A stretch of 63,580 bases of DNA, filler included, from an uncultured Myxococcia bacterium (GTDB lineage Bacteria; CAZTWC01): the NCBI GenBank assembly GCA_964617105.1. It is 4 parts of 4 records of this genome, joined end to end, with 100 filler letters (N's around TTAATTAATTAA, not from the genome) between each part and the next. Parts side by side here need not be neighbours in the genome. Positions count along the whole stretch, not along the records: positions 16,090 to 32,001 come from CAZTWC010000062.1; 3 more parts are not named here. One strand, given 5' to 3'. Numbering within the stretch: the first letter of the stretch is position 1; the number at the start of each line of letters is the position of its first letter. Made by a program: the position numbers and the translations under genes. The notes below the pieces were generated by a model. It saw nothing but the letters and a program-made list of their open reading frames with translations. It did not search any database and was not told the DNA's origin. Of this stretch, positions 20,801-29,801 are shown one piece after another.

Positions 20801-21533
20801 GTTCTGCCTCGTCAAAATTGAATTCACCGATACGAATCCAAGCCTCAGTGATAAATTTACTATCCGGGGATTTTTCAATTAGTTCTCTAAAGGTTTCTGC
20901 CGCCTGGGTCAACTCTCCCTGCTGATCCAAACAATAGGCTAGCAGATAATAGGCACCATCTACCAGTGGATATTCTGGAAAGCGGGAAACAATTTTCTGT
21001 TCTAAGGCGATGGTCCGTTCAAAATGTTGCCTTGGAGGAGCTGGTTCCTTTTTAATCAAGCCTTTGTCAAACTTTTCCAAATCTTTTTGATATGTTTCCT
21101 CCGCCTCAAAATAATCTTCTTTCGATTTTTCAAAATGAAGTTCCGCTAATCGATAAAGGGCATGAGGGGTATAGATTTTATGGTTGGGATAACGGCTGAC
21201 AAACTCTTCAAACTTCTTTATCGCCTCGTCTCTGCGCGCCCGCTCCTCTGCTTCCAACTCTTGGATATGTTTGGCGTATTTATTTCTAATCCTTTTCCGC
21301 TTACGGTTATACTTTTTCTCGATCAACAACTGGATCTCTTTTCTGAAATCTCTGATTTGTTCTTCGTAAGCCTTTATCTCTTGGATTAATTCATTCAAGA
21401 TGGCATGCTGAGCCGCCTTATTTTTATCTTGTATTTTTTCCTGCGCTTTTGCCGACGCCATAGACGATACACAAAAAAGCACCAGGCAGGCTGCCATCAA
21501 GACGATTGCAGATTTATAGAAGATTTTTCCCAT
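17859..21533 (-). CDS. Large periplasmic TPR protein, GltD/AgmU-like
   Basis: Signal peptide and long TPR array. C-terminal YRLG...ALFDAPVPKGF...YRMQLEDFAMPIEERAVAAY...SNDW resembles the AgmU/GltD C-terminus; ends in an acidic tail. Confidence 0.7.
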   Translation of the reverse strand: MGKIFYKSAIVLMAACLVLFCVSSMASAKAQEKIQDKNKAAQHAILNELIQEIKAYEEQIRDFRKEIQLLIEKKYNRKRKRIRNKYAKHIQELEAEERARRDEAIKKFEEFVSRYPNHKIYTPHALYRLAELHFEKSKEDYFEAEETYQKDLEKFDKGLIKKEPAPPRQHFERTIALEQKIVSRFPEYPLVDGAYYLLAYCLDQQGELTQAAETFRELIEKSPDSKFITEAWIRIGEFNFDEAELTKALHAYSQAMKNEQHPLYDKVLYKMAWTYYRMAGPDTQEYFQKSVDYFTKLVDFYEKKGKDASADMKEEALQYIAVCYAEEGWGGIDNLNKYYHSLGGRTYEVDIYRRLSKAFFEQTRYDEAIKGYKIILDKEPLAEDAPELQVKIIKAFQQLRNFVRVAEEEERLVATYSPGTKWYKANLTKAEVMKKAEELTKRSLLSASGFHHRQAQKLTEEGRFSEAVEEYKIAANSYSEYLKRYPFAKNIYDLTYLYADALYFSFQYEMAAEQYVLVRDTKTNQKYLQDSTFGAFDSYRMLVEQLIREGKLEIKEKPVPDPADVTPKEIIPVEPEEIPEDFLKLVSAGDMLLKMTPDHEQASKIIYQTAERYYSYRHFNEARTRFLDIIKRFPREQLANWSANLIVNSYLIENDYDNIAKIASHFLESGLSAHDSVFVEGLKINRVGALFKKATLLFNKKEYDEASNLYIELVDRFPTNRFADKALFNAAQAYMKVNRFNSAMKTYERIPNEYPQSELADESLFYVANAADKNFEYEKAVNSYLRLVDQYTNSKNRANAMYNAALILEYLQDYSRAASNFQRYAIMFPEQKDAADMFYRSALVMEKKKDYRGMIKSLQRFIRRYGAEKEQADRVVEAYLKIADVYEKQKNRKLADKFYTKTIDEFYRRGKTPKDHSAYFAAKAKFILMDRQFEPYARVKFTGRPKKDKKLLEKKAELNKSLKDVYKEVFPFKIVEWTLASFYRLGYVDEEFSRALFDAPVPKGFSMEEADMYRMQLEDFAMPIEERAVAAYQKVIQESEKFKVSNDWVEKAKENLNRYRPVEFPLKKKPKYVFEEKRFSGKGLVYYLKKGEKVEEIKVKGIDKEKLPEVETPPAAPSTEEGTGEETAPPAPAENTEELGEQPPAEGEQQSEAEETANQEEDSSQEDGKTESSEEVNSEEEAVQKETEETTSEEEGESEAPSENEGETEESSSDEESGEEESTE

Positions 21534-21542
21534 AATCTCTTA

Positions 21543-24215
21543 CTACTCCAACTCTTTTAATATCTCACCAAACTCACCGTCAAACACCTGTAAAGTGCTA
21601 CCCTCTTTGATGCTCAACTTTTTGTATTTTTCGGCGATATTTTTCTTTTCTTGCCAAGCCACATCGATTAGACCCAAATTGGCTTTTAAAATAATATGAT
21701 CCAGTTTTTCATTAACCTGTTTAAAAGAATTTGACGCCACTTCACCCACTATATTGGCGGCCCGATTTTCTATCTTATCTATATTTCGCTGATAACTAGC
21801 CAGGGCCCGTTTTTGAGTTCCCAACTCTTTTTTATAGTACTTTATCTTATTGCCTACCATTTTTTCCAGGCTGGCATAAAATCCCCTAACATCTTTGCTC
21901 AATCGCCTCTCTTTGGTCCGTAACCTCTCTATCGAATCCATCAGACCCGATGCTCGGATATCCAATTTTTTCCTAATCTTCTTATAAATTGTCCTCTCTT
22001 CAGTAAGAGCCTCTTTAAACTGCAGACGGATCTGATCTTCGTGGGTCAAAGTAGCGCCTCCAATCCCTAAAAGGGTCTTCTCCTTTTGTACCTCAGAGAA
22101 CAGTTTGGAATAGTCAGTGTCCAGGCGTTTGATCTCTTTTTCTCCCCTGGCGATATTCTTTCCTAGACGGTTGTAGGCTTTCCGGTCTTCGGTCTGGTCA
22201 CCCACCTCAATCATCCACTTTTTTACCGCCCCCATTTGGGCTTTCATCCCATCAATATGATATTTTAGCTTAACACAAGTTTTTTCCAGGTTTCCTATCT
22301 TGGAGGACATTTTTTTACTCCGCCGTTTAAACCCTGTGCTATTCTTGGGCAAAGCATTAAACAGTTTCTGCAACCGTTTTCTCTCGCCCTTAACCGTTTT
22401 TAATCGAGCCAAATCAGAAGTTTTTAACCGATCGGAAGACTTGTTGTCGCGCATCTCGATTAGTTTTAATCCCAATTTGGTTCTCTCCTTATAAACTTCT
22501 TTCATAACCTTATTGTATTCTGACTCCAACTGGCTGAGATTACGCTCCTCTTTTATCATCTCGGTTTTTATGTAGTTTCTCAATTCAGGATTGTTAACCT
22601 TTTTCTCCATGCGGGATCTTTTTTTCTTCAACTCCTGAAAACGTTTACCCAAATCTTCCAGGACAAATTTAAGTTGCGGAGCATCTTTGTCTATCCCGTT
22701 AAATACATCGATATATTTATCCCGGTGCTCTCTTTTTTGGGTCATAGCGCTCTTGGGCATAGCACTAAGCACCTCTTCCTCTATGGTATTCAAGCGGTCC
22801 TGGAGTTCAATGAGTTTGTGTTCCAACTCAACCCCCTGAGCCCTGCCCTGTTTCAACCGGGGAAAGATATCTACATTGTTACCTACATTCATGGCTACGT
22901 TTAGTTTTTCGATAACCCGTATTGACTCATCGATATACTTTTTACTACTGCGTAATTCTTGAATCAAGGCATAGGTCATCTCAATATTGGTCTCAGCTTC
23001 CGCCATTTTTAAAACCAGCGGCGGCAGAATACCAGCGGCATCAAATTTCTTTTTATCGTACTTCATCAATTCATCAAAATATTTTTTTCTTTGCCCCCTC
23101 TTTCTAATCAAGGCCTCTAACTGCTTTTTATCTTTTCCGTATTTAGCCAATAATTCGCTGTATTGCTCAGATGCCTCATCATAACGCTTCATTTTCATCA
23201 ACAAATCACCGCGTAAAGAAAGTGCTTCCAAGGTATTTATTCCTTTGGCATCGGTCATCACCAGCATATCCAGAGTATGAAGAGCTTTGTCATAGTTCTT
23301 TAACTGGATATAGGCCCAGGCGGTTTCAAACAAAAATTCGGAAAAAAATTCACTCTCCTTGCGAATATTTTGATATTCGTTTAAAGCCTTATAAAAATCG
23401 CCCTGTTCATAATGCAGGCGGCCCAGGGCCAATTTTGCCAACTCCCGGATATACTTTTGATTTTCAGTTTGGGCATTGTAACTCTTGATGGCTTCATAAG
23501 ACTTAATGGCCTTTTTAATGTCACCTAAATGTACAAGTATGGTTCCGATAAAATACCGGCTCTGAAAAAAGAAAATGTTGTTGGCATTAATATTGGAAAA
23601 ATATTTCAACGCTTTTTTATATTTTCTCTGCCTATATAGCGATTTAGCGTATAGATATGGTATATGAGGCTCAATTTTATCAGCAGGGACACTTTTGAAC
23701 AATTGACGATAGTATTTCTCAAAATCCTCGTATTTATTTAAATCCAGGGAGAGTTCTACCAGCCTGGCCATGGCGGTTTGAAAATATTTGGGGCTGCCGG
23801 TTTTGATCAATTTCTTAAAATATTTTCGGGCCGACAAATTATTTTTTATTTGATGTAGAGACTCGGCCAGATGGTAGAGGACATCTTCCCGGGATAAATG
23901 TTTGGCCAATTTGGGGTCTTCTATAATTTCAAAAAAAAGTATGGAGGCACTGAGGTAGTCTTTAGTTAAAAAAAGAACCTGTCCGTCATTCATTCTGCGG
24001 TAGGCCCGCTCCTTTACCGGTTCGTTGTACACACTTTTATACATTCCCCGGGTATCGGATAGTTGCTTGGTGATTTTATTTAACTGCATCTCCACATTTT
24101 GTAATTTACTCCCAAATTTGGACGCATCCATGGCATGGGACCAGGTGGATATCAGCGCTAAAAGCAACGCGGCAAGACCATATGGGATAAATCTATATCG
24201 ATTGTATTTATCCAC
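21543..24215 (-). CDS. Periplasmic TPR plus coiled-coil protein, GltC-like
   Basis: GTG start with GGAGAGG RBS, signal peptide, TPR block LALGRLHYE...LFETAWAY...ALHTL, long C-terminal coiled coil. Confidence 0.6.
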   Translation of the reverse strand: MDKYNRYRFIPYGLAALLLALISTWSHAMDASKFGSKLQNVEMQLNKITKQLSDTRGMYKSVYNEPVKERAYRRMNDGQVLFLTKDYLSASILFFEIIEDPKLAKHLSREDVLYHLAESLHQIKNNLSARKYFKKLIKTGSPKYFQTAMARLVELSLDLNKYEDFEKYYRQLFKSVPADKIEPHIPYLYAKSLYRQRKYKKALKYFSNINANNIFFFQSRYFIGTILVHLGDIKKAIKSYEAIKSYNAQTENQKYIRELAKLALGRLHYEQGDFYKALNEYQNIRKESEFFSEFLFETAWAYIQLKNYDKALHTLDMLVMTDAKGINTLEALSLRGDLLMKMKRYDEASEQYSELLAKYGKDKKQLEALIRKRGQRKKYFDELMKYDKKKFDAAGILPPLVLKMAEAETNIEMTYALIQELRSSKKYIDESIRVIEKLNVAMNVGNNVDIFPRLKQGRAQGVELEHKLIELQDRLNTIEEEVLSAMPKSAMTQKREHRDKYIDVFNGIDKDAPQLKFVLEDLGKRFQELKKKRSRMEKKVNNPELRNYIKTEMIKEERNLSQLESEYNKVMKEVYKERTKLGLKLIEMRDNKSSDRLKTSDLARLKTVKGERKRLQKLFNALPKNSTGFKRRSKKMSSKIGNLEKTCVKLKYHIDGMKAQMGAVKKWMIEVGDQTEDRKAYNRLGKNIARGEKEIKRLDTDYSKLFSEVQKEKTLLGIGGATLTHEDQIRLQFKEALTEERTIYKKIRKKLDIRASGLMDSIERLRTKERRLSKDVRGFYASLEKMVGNKIKYYKKELGTQKRALASYQRNIDKIENRAANIVGEVASNSFKQVNEKLDHIILKANLGLIDVAWQEKKNIAEKYKKLSIKEGSTLQVFDGEFGEILKELE

Positions 24216-24316
24216 GACCTCTCCTTTTGTCTATAACCTTATATAAAACCTTATAAAATTAGGAAACTACTACGGAGTTCCCTTCTTGGCCAACTACTGA
24301 ATCGGGTATAAAGTGC

Positions 24317-24341
24317 AAAACCCCGCGGGCAGCGGGGGCTT
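24317..24341 (-). terminator. Possible intrinsic terminator/attenuator between the first two genes of the TPR cluster
   Basis: On the - strand a CCCCGC-N5-GCGGGG hairpin is followed by TTTTG. Confidence 0.35.
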
Positions 24342-24400
24342 AATAATTGAGAAAATATCTCTTACCAGTAGTGATGGCTAAAATATAGTTTCCCTTTTTA

Positions 24401-25036
24401 CTAATTTTTTTTGGCCTTTGAGGCTTTTACTTTTTTAACTTCTACATCGTATTTTATAGCAGGCCGATCCTTTAGCGGGGTTGTAACACCGCCTTTTTCA
24501 TGCCCAACTATATTGATTTTAGTTACCTTGCCCTCTTCAGCAGAAAAAGTGTAACTAGATCTGACCCGAAACTTATATCCTTCCAAATAGGAAAAAAGGC
24601 CGAAACCTCCTCCCTTTAGAGTCATTGAAATCGCAACGTTGTGATTGCCGGGAACAATGCTGCCGTTGAAAATTTCTATCTCTTTTTTTAGGTTCAACTC
24701 CCCATCCATATCAGTTTTGGTAAATATGGGTGCACCATCAAGGGAATAACTGACAGTATCCAACAGAAAGTTGCCTCCCAAATCATTTTTATGGGTTAAA
24801 ACAGCCCTGGCGCCTGCAATTACACCATGTAATACCGTTTCCTGCAAGAGGATCAACCTGGCTTTTGACCGGAATATTTTTTCCTTCAACTCATTAACTT
24901 TTTCTTCCAGGGTTTTAATTTTAATGTTGTAGGTATCGTCTGAACTCTTCAAGCCGATGCCCGTCTGGGCGCAAACAAGACTGCCGGCCAATACAATTAG
25001 CAGAGCCACTACAAACGAGCAGGTCCTGAGATACAT
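24401..25036 (-). CDS. Conserved secreted hypothetical protein leading the TPR cluster
   Basis: Signal peptide, short coiled coil KIKTLEEKVNELKEKIFRSKARL, beta-rich domain. Recalled from myxobacterial TPR clusters, not searched. GGAGG RBS. Confidence 0.65.
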   Translation of the reverse strand: MYLRTCSFVVALLIVLAGSLVCAQTGIGLKSSDDTYNIKIKTLEEKVNELKEKIFRSKARLILLQETVLHGVIAGARAVLTHKNDLGGNFLLDTVSYSLDGAPIFTKTDMDGELNLKKEIEIFNGSIVPGNHNVAISMTLKGGGFGLFSYLEGYKFRVRSSYTFSAEEGKVTKINIVGHEKGGVTTPLKDRPAIKYDVEVKKVKASKAKKN

Positions 25037-25143
25037 CTATTTATCCTCCCTTAAACGGTTTACTATTTCATAAAATTTACAAAGTGTTCTTAAACTTAAC
25101 CGAATCTTAATTATATGTCAATAAAGTTGGTATCTTTTGTTCT

Positions 25144-28100
25144 TTACTGATCAAGGCAATGTGAATAATCAATTTGAGATAACTGTTTGTAGAGATTATA
25201 CCTATGTACAGCATCTTTTTGTGACTGCCTCAAAAAAGTAGCCGCTGCTTCAGGATTACGTTTTTTCAGCACTCTGAACCGGTTTTCCCCCATAGTGTAC
25301 TCTTCCATGGATATTGACGGCTCTTTGCTTTCCAATACCAGTGGGTTTTTACCCTGTTTGGCTAGATCCGGGTTGTAACGATAAAGAGGCCAGTGACCAG
25401 ATAGCACTGCTTTTTTCTGCTCATCCATCCCTGTAGTCATATTGATACCGTGGGCAATACAGTTGGAATAGGCTAATATCAGGGAGGGGCCGTCGTAAGC
25501 CTCTGCCTCGGCAAAAGCCTTTACCGTCTGGTTCCGGTTGGCGCCCATAGCTATGCTGGCAATATAAACATTGCCATAAGACATAAAAATCAGGCCCATA
25601 TCTTTTTTCTGGAGCGGCTTTCCGCCGGCGGCAAACTGTGCCACCGCACCGCGGGGAGTCGCTTTAGATTGCTGGCCGCCGGTATTGGAGTAAACTTCAG
25701 TATCCAAAACCAAAAGGTTAACATTTTTACCTGAGGCCAGGACATGATCCAAGCCGCCGTAGCCAATGTCGTAGGCCCAGCCATCTCCACCAATACCCCA
25801 TACTGACTTGCTGATCAGATAATCAGACACGCTTGTCAAATGCTGGCCCAGGTCAAAGGTGTTGGCCAATAAATAATCTTTCAGTTTAGATACCCGCTGC
25901 CTCTGCGCTTCGATTCCATCCAAAGTAGTTTGATCGGCGTTCTTTATGCTTTGCAGCAGATCGGCAATCTCTTTCCCCTCATCCATGGCCATAACTCTAT
26001 CGACCAACTCCAGGGCAAATTGGTTAAACTTATCTACCGTAAGCCTCATTCCCATGGCTACCTCTGCAGTATCTTCAAACAGGGAATTGTTCCAGGTAGG
26101 ACCACGGCCATCATCTCTGGTGCAGTATGGGGTGGTGGGAAGATTACCTCCATAAATAGAGGAGCAGCCGGTGGCATTGGCAATGATGGCCCGATCGCCA
26201 AACAACTGAGTCATCAGTTTGACGTAGGGGGTTTCGCCGCAACCGGAGCAAGCACCGGAGAACTCAAATAGGGGCCTGATCAACTGGCTCCCCCGGACCG
26301 TAGCCGGCTTGACCAATTTGCTGTCTACTTCGGGCAGGTTGAGAAAAAACTTCCAGTTTTCTGCCTCGCTGGCCCGCAGAGGAGTCTGGTGCTCCAATAA
26401 AATAGCATCTTTTTTCTTGGAAGTACAGGTTTCTATACAAACTCCACAACCAGTGCAATCTTCCGGCGCCACCTGCAGTGTACAGGCCATGGTCTTAAAC
26501 TCTTTTCCTCTTGCCTGAATCGATTTAAAAGTTTCCGGTTTTCCTTCCAGTTTGGATGGATCGTAAATTTTCATCCGGATGGCAGCGTGAGGACAATAGA
26601 GGGAGCAAGCTCCGCACTGGATGCAACTTTCAGGATTCCAAACCGGAATACTGAGGGCGATATTGCGCTTTTCATATTGGGTAGTAGAAACCGGCCAGGT
26701 GCCATCAACAGGCATCTGGGAAACTTTCATATCATCGCCTTCCTGTCGCAGCATAATGGCGGTTACATCTTTAACAAAGTCGGGAGCATGCTCTGGAACC
26801 ACGTCTGGACGGGTAATGGAACTGGTTACCTGGCTGGGAATTTCCACCTCTTCGATCCCTTCGATAGCCCGGTCTATGGCGGACACATTCATCTGCACCA
26901 CTTTTTCGCCTTTACTGCCATAAGTTTTTTGTATCGCATCCCTGATAGCCTTAATTGCCACTCCCTGGTCAATAACCCCGGAAATCTTAAAAAATGCGGT
27001 TTGCATAATAACATTGATCCTGGCTCCCAGGCCGATCTCTTCTCCGATTTTTATGGCATCGATAACGAAAAGTTTCATTTTTTTATCGATCAGTTGCTGT
27101 TGGATCTCACGAGGCATCTTGTCCCAAACCTCTTTGGCATTGTATTCAGAGGTCAACAAGAAAGTTGAACCAGGTTTGGCATACTTTAAAATATCAAATT
27201 TCTCCAGAAAGGTAAAATTGTGGCAACCCACGAAATCGGCATTATATACCAGGTAGCGGCTGCGAATCGGTTCATCGGCAATACGCAAATGGGAAACCGT
27301 TACCGCGCCCGCTTTTTTAGAATCGTAGACAAAATAGGCCTGAGTGTATTTGTCGCTGTTGTCAGCGATTATTTTTACCGAGTTTTTGTTCGCGCCAACG
27401 GTGCCATCAGAACCAAGACCATAGAAAAGCGCGCCATAAGTGTCACCTTCGGCAGAGAAATCAGTTTGAAAATCTAAACTGGTGTTGGCAACATCATCGT
27501 TGATGCCTATAGTAAAATGGTCCTTGGGATTATCGGAATTCAAGTTATCCAGCACTCCCTTGACCATGGCTGCGGTAAACTCTTTTGAGCCCAAACCGTA
27601 CCGGCCGCCAATTACCTGAGGTAGTTGCTGAAATTTAGTCATATTCTTGGCATGACCCTCATAGAGAGCAGAGCAAACATCCTGGTAAAGCGGCTCTCCG
27701 GGTGCACCCGGCTCCTTGGTGCGATCGAGGACGGCTATCTTTTTGACTGTAGGCGGTAAAGTGTTAATAAAGGCTTCTACGTTAAAAGGCCTATAAAGGT
27801 TGACCTTTACCATTCCAAAATTGCCGCCGTCCTTATTTACATAGTCGATGGTTTCGTTTACAGTTTCCGCTCCAGAACCCATAACCACCACCAAATTTTC
27901 AGCCTCCGGCATGCCGGCATAATCAAACAAGTGGTATTGCCGGCCGGTAAGGCTGGCAAACTTGTCCATCTGGTTTTGGACAATCTGGGGACATTGGAGG
28001 TAATACTTGTTCACTGTTTCCCGACCCTGGAAATAGACATCAGGATTTTGGGAAGTCCCTCGTAAAATCGGCTTTTCGGGGTTCATCCCCCTGCTTTTAT

Positions 28101-28707
28101 GGGCTCTGACCAAGTCATCGTCCATCATGGTTTTCATATCGTCATAAGTTAATTCCTCTATCTTTTGAATCTCGTGAGAACCGCGAAAACCTTCGAAAAA
28201 ATGGACAAAGGGGATGCGTGATTCCAGAGTGACTGCCTGAGAAATAAGAGCGAAATCCATTATCTCCTGCATGGTGCCGGAGCCTAAAAGCCCAAAGCCG
28301 GTGGACCTTACCGCCATGATATCGGAGTGATCACCAAAAATCGATAGAGCCTGGCAAGCCAAAGATCTGGCTGAAACATGAAAAACCGTGGGGCATAACT
28401 CCCCGGCAATTTTATACATCGAGGGAATCATCAGCAACAGCCCTTGAGATGCGGTAAAGGTGGTGGTCAGGGCGCCACTGGTCAGAGCGCCATGCACTGC
28501 AGCGGAAGCACCGCCCTCGGATTGCATCTCCGTGACTGTAGGAATTGTACCCCAGATATTTTTCTCGCCCCCGGCCGATTTCTCATCGGCCATCTCTCCC
28601 ATTCCCGAAGATGGAGTTATCGGATATATTGCAATAATTTCGTTGGTAGCATGGGCAACATAAGCCACTGCTGTATTTCCATCGTAAGGTACCATCTTCC
28701 TTGCCAT
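25144..28707 (-). CDS. nifJ: Pyruvate:ferredoxin (flavodoxin) oxidoreductase, homodimeric type
   Basis: YPITPSS, EMQSEGG, TASQGLLLM, GLGSDGTVGANKN, two 4Fe-4S motifs, FSGACSGCGE, GGDGWAYDIG (TPP-binding). Confidence 0.96.
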   Translation of the reverse strand: MARKMVPYDGNTAVAYVAHATNEIIAIYPITPSSGMGEMADEKSAGGEKNIWGTIPTVTEMQSEGGASAAVHGALTSGALTTTFTASQGLLLMIPSMYKIAGELCPTVFHVSARSLACQALSIFGDHSDIMAVRSTGFGLLGSGTMQEIMDFALISQAVTLESRIPFVHFFEGFRGSHEIQKIEELTYDDMKTMMDDDLVRAHKSRGMNPEKPILRGTSQNPDVYFQGRETVNKYYLQCPQIVQNQMDKFASLTGRQYHLFDYAGMPEAENLVVVMGSGAETVNETIDYVNKDGGNFGMVKVNLYRPFNVEAFINTLPPTVKKIAVLDRTKEPGAPGEPLYQDVCSALYEGHAKNMTKFQQLPQVIGGRYGLGSKEFTAAMVKGVLDNLNSDNPKDHFTIGINDDVANTSLDFQTDFSAEGDTYGALFYGLGSDGTVGANKNSVKIIADNSDKYTQAYFVYDSKKAGAVTVSHLRIADEPIRSRYLVYNADFVGCHNFTFLEKFDILKYAKPGSTFLLTSEYNAKEVWDKMPREIQQQLIDKKMKLFVIDAIKIGEEIGLGARINVIMQTAFFKISGVIDQGVAIKAIRDAIQKTYGSKGEKVVQMNVSAIDRAIEGIEEVEIPSQVTSSITRPDVVPEHAPDFVKDVTAIMLRQEGDDMKVSQMPVDGTWPVSTTQYEKRNIALSIPVWNPESCIQCGACSLYCPHAAIRMKIYDPSKLEGKPETFKSIQARGKEFKTMACTLQVAPEDCTGCGVCIETCTSKKKDAILLEHQTPLRASEAENWKFFLNLPEVDSKLVKPATVRGSQLIRPLFEFSGACSGCGETPYVKLMTQLFGDRAIIANATGCSSIYGGNLPTTPYCTRDDGRGPTWNNSLFEDTAEVAMGMRLTVDKFNQFALELVDRVMAMDEGKEIADLLQSIKNADQTTLDGIEAQRQRVSKLKDYLLANTFDLGQHLTSVSDYLISKSVWGIGGDGWAYDIGYGGLDHVLASGKNVNLLVLDTEVYSNTGGQQSKATPRGAVAQFAAGGKPLQKKDMGLIFMSYGNVYIASIAMGANRNQTVKAFAEAEAYDGPSLILAYSNCIAHGINMTTGMDEQKKAVLSGHWPLYRYNPDLAKQGKNPLVLESKEPSISMEEYTMGENRFRVLKKRNPEAAATFLRQSQKDAVHRYNLYKQLSQIDYSHCLDQ

Positions 28708-28797
28708 AACAAAACTCCTTGTGGTTTTAAATTTTTATCCCTATTTTTCTAGATCTACCGAGTATATTTGATTCTTTAAAAAAAAACAAACAATAAA

Positions 28798-29391
28798 TCA
28801 ATACTTTTTTCTCTCCTCCAATGCCCTGCTCAGAGTCATTTGATCAATATATTCCAACTCTCCCCCCATTGGTACACCAGAAGCAATTCTAGACACCGTA
28901 ACCCGGTAAGAGTTTAACAGTTTGGCAATATACATAGCGGTCAATTCACCATCAGTGTCGGTATCAGTTGCCAGAATAACCTCTCTTACCCCACCCTCAA
29001 TTCTTTTTAGCAAGGCGGTTATTTTCAATTTTTCCGGATCCAACTCGCCCAAAGAGGTAAGAGCGCCATGCAAAACGTGGTACTTTCCTTGAAAATCTCC
29101 CAAAGCCTCAATAGCCCAGAGGTGTTGAACCTCTTCAACCACGCAAATTGTGCTGTCGCTTCTGGATGGATTACGGCAAATATCGCATACCTCCCCTTCA
29201 GTTAAATTGAAACACACTTGACACAGTTTGATTTTATCGCGGATATCTACTATCGCTTCGGAGAGATTGGTCAAATAATCGGCATCTGCCTTAATTAAAA
29301 ATAGAGATAATCTGGCAGCGCTTTTTTCGCCAATTCCAGGCATGCGGGTTAAATTTGAGATCAAGTTGGCGACCGGGACTGAGTGTCTCAT
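28798..29391 (-). CDS. recR: Recombination mediator RecR
   Basis: PGIGEKSAARL, CxxC...CxxC zinc finger, ICVVE, YHVLHG, GVPMGGELEYID; dnaX-ybaB-recR synteny. Confidence 0.96.
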   Translation of the reverse strand: MRHSVPVANLISNLTRMPGIGEKSAARLSLFLIKADADYLTNLSEAIVDIRDKIKLCQVCFNLTEGEVCDICRNPSRSDSTICVVEEVQHLWAIEALGDFQGKYHVLHGALTSLGELDPEKLKITALLKRIEGGVREVILATDTDTDGELTAMYIAKLLNSYRVTVSRIASGVPMGGELEYIDQMTLSRALEERKKY

Positions 29392-29427
29392 CTATTTCGG
29401 CTCATAGAAAGGTGGTTTAGGAGGGAT

Positions 29428-29751
29428 CTAGAGAGGAAGATTGCCCATAAAATTGGGCATGGGTAATCCGCCGGTAAGTTTTTTCAACTCCTCTTGCAAC
29501 AATTGCTTCGATTGCTCAAGGGCATTATTGGCAGCAGCAATAATCAAGTCCTCTAACATCTCCTTGTCTTCAGAAGCGTATATCTCCGGCTCTATGGTCA
29601 AAGAAATAATCTGCTGCCGGCCGTTTACCACCACTTTTACCATGCCGCCACCCGATACGCCTTCCACTTTTTTTTGGGCGACTTCTTGTTGAATTTCATT
29701 AAACTTGGTCTGCATGGACTGGGCCTGTTTCATTATATCGGTAAGGTCCAT
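29428..29751 (-). CDS. ybaB: Nucleoid-associated protein YbaB/EbfC
   Basis: MKQAQSMQ, GVSGGGMVKV, DKEMLEDLIIAAAN; synteny. Confidence 0.95.
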   Translation of the reverse strand: MDLTDIMKQAQSMQTKFNEIQQEVAQKKVEGVSGGGMVKVVVNGRQQIISLTIEPEIYASEDKEMLEDLIIAAANNALEQSKQLLQEELKKLTGGLPMPNFMGNLPL

Positions 29752-29801
29752 TTAATCCTCCTTGCTATTTTTGTTACCTTTTACTAACGTATAGAAGCAA
29801 T

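Noticed and set aside
24250-24400. Possible riboswitch (for example c-di-GMP) in the TPR cluster spacer
   Set aside because: Only a single GC hairpin is seen; the two-hairpin consensus with a GNRA loop is not matched.
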